DNA from: a virus
Lineage: Duplodnaviria; Caudoviricetes
Length of the DNA stretch: 60,799 nucleotides
IMG/VR virus record: IMGVR_UViG_3300031851_006073
Coordinates: 1 to 60,799 of that record
Strand: one strand, 5' to 3'
Shown: in pieces, positions 57,940-60,799 of the stretch
Position numbering within the stretch: the stretch's first letter is position 1
How the letters are laid out: each line of letters starts with the position of its first letter
Notes under the pieces: model-generated
What the model saw: only the letters and a program-made list of their open reading frames with translations
What the model was told of the DNA's origin: nothing
Databases searched by the model: none
Translations under genes and position numbers: made by a program

Positions 57940-58131
57940 ATGATTAAGACAAATAATAAAGTAAACGGCTTCATTGCTAAAGTAAATATAATTGACCGTA
58001 AGACCGGCGAACTAATAAGCGAAAATGTCATGATGAAATGCGAGCATCATGCGTCAATTGAAGACTTAAACAAAGATCTCGCAAAGTTTGGACTGCCTAG
58101 AAAGTTTGAGCTTGTCGAATGGATAGCGTAA
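57940..58131 (+). CDS. Small early-type protein
   Basis: Leaderless start MIKTNNKV behind the promoter repeat. Confidence 0.65.
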   Translation: MIKTNNKVNGFIAKVNIIDRKTGELISENVMMKCEHHASIEDLNKDLAKFGLPRKFELVEWIA

Positions 58132-58194
58132 AAAAAACTTAAAAAAACTTTCTTTTTTCTTGCAATTGCACAAAAATTTTTATAGATTAGTATC

Positions 58195-58377
58195 ATGATT
58201 AAGATAATACAAAACCCAAACTTTTCCGAATGGTTCAACATCTTGCTTAATGGCGAGCTTGTTAACAACGCAAAATCTCATGCGCAAGCGTTAATAATCG
58301 CAAACCAAATTAGAAAAGATCTTCGTAAGCAAATCAAAACAGGAGCTCGCATCATCTCATCAATAGAAAGCGTTTAA
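58195..58377 (+). CDS. Small early-type protein, paralog A
   Basis: Promoter TTGCAA(58160)-N17-TAGATT; NPNF..WFN..NG.LV motif shared with 59437. Confidence 0.7.
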   Translation: MIKIIQNPNFSEWFNILLNGELVNNAKSHAQALIIANQIRKDLRKQIKTGARIISSIESV

Positions 58378-58381
58378 TACC

Positions 58382-58585
58382 ATGACAGATCAAAAAAAAT
58401 TCATCGAACTAGAGCTTGGACTCGCTCTTTCTAAAGCTGAAGGTAACCTGAATTTCCTTGCTACTGCAGAAATGAAAACATTCACACAAGGCGAAGCCGT
58501 CTTGGATGCGTTGCACGCAATACAGGAAGCAAGAAAACAATTGCAAGTAATTCTTCACAAAAATAGGCTTGACTCAACAAAGTAA
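58382..58585 (+). CDS. Small helical hypothetical protein
   Basis: 67 aa, 4 nt after the previous stop. Confidence 0.65.
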   Translation: MTDQKKFIELELGLALSKAEGNLNFLATAEMKTFTQGEAVLDALHAIQEARKQLQVILHKNRLDSTK

Positions 58586-58602
58586 ATTGCTAGAATAAAA
58601 TT

Positions 58603-58911
58603 ATGCGAAAAGTAACACAGCAAATTAAAAACGCCTTCGAGCAAGGCACATCTTTAAAAGTCGGCAATACTAAAACAGACGGCAAAACCGTTTGGCTACA
58701 TGGTAACGCGATTGTCAAACGCGATCCTGACGGGCTTGTTAGATGGTCGCTTGCGGGATGGAATACACCCACCACACGCGAACGCGTCAACGGCATAGCT
58801 AACGCGGGCGTTTATCAGTACAAATTCGAGCCTGTACTAAATGGTCAAGAAATTGATTCATCCGATTGGTTCGCTTCTAATACTTCACAGCCCGATCTTC
58901 TAGTGTTCTAA
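58603..58911 (+). CDS. Phage early-type hypothetical protein
   Basis: Promoter TTGACT(58569)-N16-TAGAAT; LHGNAI...GWNTPTTRERVN motif. Confidence 0.75.
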   Translation: MRKVTQQIKNAFEQGTSLKVGNTKTDGKTVWLHGNAIVKRDPDGLVRWSLAGWNTPTTRERVNGIANAGVYQYKFEPVLNGQEIDSSDWFASNTSQPDLLVF

Positions 58912-58982
58912 GTAGCTAAGCAGTAAGGACTTAGGGCTCCGGCCCTAGGTTGTTGCATAACTCGTTGAGTTACAGATAGTTA
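58909..58982. repeat. 74-bp dyad-hairpin-dyad element, copy 1
   Basis: TAAGT-N15-ACTTA / TAGGGC-TCCG-GCCCTA / TAACT-N15-AGTTA. Confidence 0.85.
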
Positions 58983-58992
58983 CATGCGATAC

Positions 58993-59052
58993 AATAATGC
59001 AATAAAATAGTTTAATTTTATGCTTGTGTTTTTACTGTTTTATGCTTATGTT
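58993..59052 (+). repeat. Promoter-bearing direct repeat, copy 2
   Basis: Matches 57874-57933; TTGTGT-N17-TATGTT with ATG 5 nt later. Confidence 0.8.
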
Positions 59053-59057
59053 TAGGT

Positions 59058-59147
59058 ATGAATCAAAAAGATAGACAACCACTCACGGAAAGAGAAAAAA
59101 TACTCCTCGCCTTCAAACTTAAAAAAACTCAAAAAAAAGTAAAGTAA
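59058..59147 (+). CDS. 29-aa basic peptide
   Basis: MNQKDRQPLTEREKILLAFKLKKTQKKVK directly behind promoter copy 2. Confidence 0.45.
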   Translation: MNQKDRQPLTEREKILLAFKLKKTQKKVK

Positions 59148-59184
59148 AGTTTGACATTAGCTAAAAAATAAACGATAGTAAGAT

Positions 59185-59379
59185 ATGACAGAAGAACAAA
59201 TACAAAGACAAATTAGACTAGACAAAGCTCAACTTGAAATGTTTAAAGGTCAAATGGATCAAGAGGAGATTAATTGGATTAAAGCAAGAATTTCTGAATT
59301 TCAATTTATGTTGCCACAAGCTCGCTACCAAGATAAGATAAAAGCTTTCGGGTGGAAATCAGTTGAAAGAAACGCTTGA
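59185..59379 (+). CDS. Small early-type protein
   Basis: Promoter TTGACA(59151)-N17-GATAGT. Confidence 0.65.
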   Translation: MTEEQIQRQIRLDKAQLEMFKGQMDQEEINWIKARISEFQFMLPQARYQDKIKAFGWKSVERNA

Positions 59380-59436
59380 CAGGTTGCTTGAACTAGGTTA
59401 GTCTTTACTAATAACATCTAAAAACAAATTGCAAAA

Positions 59437-59595
59437 ATGATAAATGTATTCAGAAACCCAAACTTCCAAAATTGGTTCAATGTTCTTTACAACGGCAAGC
59501 TAGTAGATAGTGCAAAAAGTTACGCACAAGCTATGGAAATTGCAAAACGCTTGAGTAAATCAAAAAAAGCTCCTATTCTCTCAAACAATAAATAA
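59437..59595 (+). CDS. Small early-type protein, paralog B (52 aa)
   Basis: MINVFRNPNFQNWFNVLYNGKLVDSAKSYAQAMEIA; promoter TTGACA(59376)-N17-TAGTCT. Confidence 0.7.
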   Translation: MINVFRNPNFQNWFNVLYNGKLVDSAKSYAQAMEIAKRLSKSKKAPILSNNK

Positions 59596-59597
59596 TC

Positions 59598-59675
59598 ATG
59601 ATTCTAGAAATAATCTTCCTCTCTTCGTTCTCTTTTGTCTTTTATGTTATGTGGTCTGACCTGCTAAAAGATTAA
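59598..59675 (+). CDS. 25-aa single-TM peptide
   Basis: MILEIIFLSSFSFVFYVMWSDLLKD, 2 nt after the previous stop. Confidence 0.4.
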   Translation: MILEIIFLSSFSFVFYVMWSDLLKD

Positions 59676-59745
59676 AAAAAGTTTGACACAGAAAAAAAAT
59701 TATATAATATCTTTACTTATAAACTAATTGCTAAAATATAAAATT

Positions 59746-60369
59746 ATGAAAATTGCAGAAAATCAACTCAACTCTCTTCGGTCATATGTTAACGAATCCC
59801 TTCGCGACATTAGAAACGGAATGGTTCACTCTCAAGGATCAGCTAATAAACAACACGGTAAAGCAGGTGAAATCGCAGTAGCAAGGCTCTTTAACTTCAG
59901 AAATCAGAACGGCAACCTTTTCGACCAAAATGGACACGCTTGCGATATCCCAAAATCTATTGCCGAGCGTAGCAACTTGCCAAAAGAATTCCATCAAGAC
60001 ATCGAAATAAAATTCTACGAAAAAAATCGTAAAACCTTTTTAATGGGCGACGCAATGAAGAAAATGAATAAAATAAAAAACGGACTTGTTTTGATTGTTG
60101 TCTTTTACGATAAAGTTCCTTGTAATGTCTGTGACTTGCAGGTAATAAAAGTCGAGCCTTGCACTAATAAATCTGACTTTGACCGCATGGAAAAAATTGC
60201 ATCTTTTGTGAAGGATAAATCAAACCCAATCAAAGGCTTTGGAGGTACAAGAGAAAAGGTTAAAGAAGAAAACAAAAAGTTAACTAGTAACCGATTCTAC
60301 TTAAATGATAACTCAAACTCTAAATCCAATGCTCGGCAGGTTCAACTTTGCTTTACGCCAAGTCCTTAA
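59746..60369 (+). CDS. Restriction-endonuclease-like PD-(D/E)XK protein
   Basis: QHGKAGEIAV...CDIP...DIEIK; TTGACA at 59683; alternative TTG start at 59728. Confidence 0.5.
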   Translation: MKIAENQLNSLRSYVNESLRDIRNGMVHSQGSANKQHGKAGEIAVARLFNFRNQNGNLFDQNGHACDIPKSIAERSNLPKEFHQDIEIKFYEKNRKTFLMGDAMKKMNKIKNGLVLIVVFYDKVPCNVCDLQVIKVEPCTNKSDFDRMEKIASFVKDKSNPIKGFGGTREKVKEENKKLTSNRFYLNDNSNSKSNARQVQLCFTPSP

Positions 60370-60432
60370 GTATCAACGACTTAGGGCTTCGGCCCTAGGC
60401 TTTTGCATAACTCATTGGAAAGCAATAGCTTA
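60359..60432. repeat. 74-bp dyad-hairpin-dyad element, copy 2
   Basis: CAAGT-N15-ACTTA / TAGGGC-TTCG-GCCCTA / TAACT-N15-GCTTA; colinear with copy 1 at +1450 bp. Confidence 0.85.
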
Positions 60433-60493
60433 CAATATAAAAAAAATTAAAATAATCCTTGACTTTTACTTCCAATTATACTAGATTACTATC

Positions 60494-60721
60494 ATGACAG
60501 ATACAACATACAACGGATGGAAAAATTGGGCAACTTGGAATGTAGCTCTTTGGTTAGGAAATGACGAATCTCTTTATAAGCTTTCTCGCAGATTTGTGCA
60601 TTACAAAGATCTTGCAAACAAGCTTGAAGAGATGGACGCACTCACAACCCCGGACGGAGCGAGGTTCAAAGATCCAGAGCTTGACACCTATGCACTTGAT
60701 GAGTGGTTAATGGATGAATAA
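60494..60721 (+). CDS. Phage early-type hypothetical protein
   Basis: YNGWKNWATWNVALW motif; promoter TTGACT(60459)-N17-TAGATT, leaderless. Confidence 0.75.
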   Translation: MTDTTYNGWKNWATWNVALWLGNDESLYKLSRRFVHYKDLANKLEEMDALTTPDGARFKDPELDTYALDEWLMDE

Positions 60722-60762
60722 AAAGCTTGCAATTACTTTTTTACTTTGCTAAAATTACTTTT

Positions 60763-60799
60763 ATGACCAAAAACGAAATGCAAAAAGAAATCTTCGAAC
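60763..60799 (+). CDS. Partial ORF (MTKNEMQKEIFE...)
   Basis: Promoter TTGCAA(60727)-N17-TAAAAT; runs off the window. Confidence 0.5.
   Translation, partial: MTKNEMQKEIFE

Noticed and set aside
1-60799. tRNA/rRNA genes, integrase, stop-codon reassignment
   Set aside because: No cloverleaf or rRNA-like stretch and no integrase recognised by eye (tRNAscan not run); long conserved genes are intact in code 11 and TAA, TAG and TGA all occur as gene ends

Overview
The window is a ~61-kb, AT-rich, gene-dense fragment of a large tailed dsDNA bacteriophage in the standard genetic code. The host is inferred to be a marine PVC-superphylum bacterium, most plausibly Verrucomicrobiota/Opitutales. The basis is a DUF1549/DUF1553 + DUF1501 pair, SHD1- and YHS-like domains, a Chlamydia-type class Ic RNR and PhoH. 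From left to right it holds: (1) a >1337-aa tail-fibre gene running off the left edge and missed by the ORF track, a small paralogous fibre protein and a probable portal; (2) a replication/recombination block (RecA, endonuclease, DnaB, primase, Cas4-like nuclease, Nudix); (3) a glycan cluster (4 transferases, gmd, fcl); (4) a modular basic protein, HNH, Hsp20, an outer-membrane beta-barrel and the PVC-type cytochrome/DUF1501 module; (5) nrdA/nrdB, a DNA polymerase III split into PHP, DEDDh exonuclease and DnaE genes, and a ClpA/C-type ATPase; (6) a head/packaging block, a Cys-rich phage sigma factor, a probable lysis cassette, an orphan Xre/MbcA/ParS-type antitoxin domain, a 1888-aa protein with a leishmanolysin-like protease domain, and PhoH; (7) after a strand switch, an early-type region of small genes, most with their own sigma70 promoter, punctuated by a repeated 74-bp dyad-hairpin-dyad element. 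Three promoter classes are visible: sigma70 -35/-10 pairs that mostly give leaderless starts, a phage-specific GTGTA motif before ~17 genes, and one sigma54 site before hsp20. No tRNA, rRNA or CRISPR array was found. All family assignments come from motif recognition by eye, not database searches.
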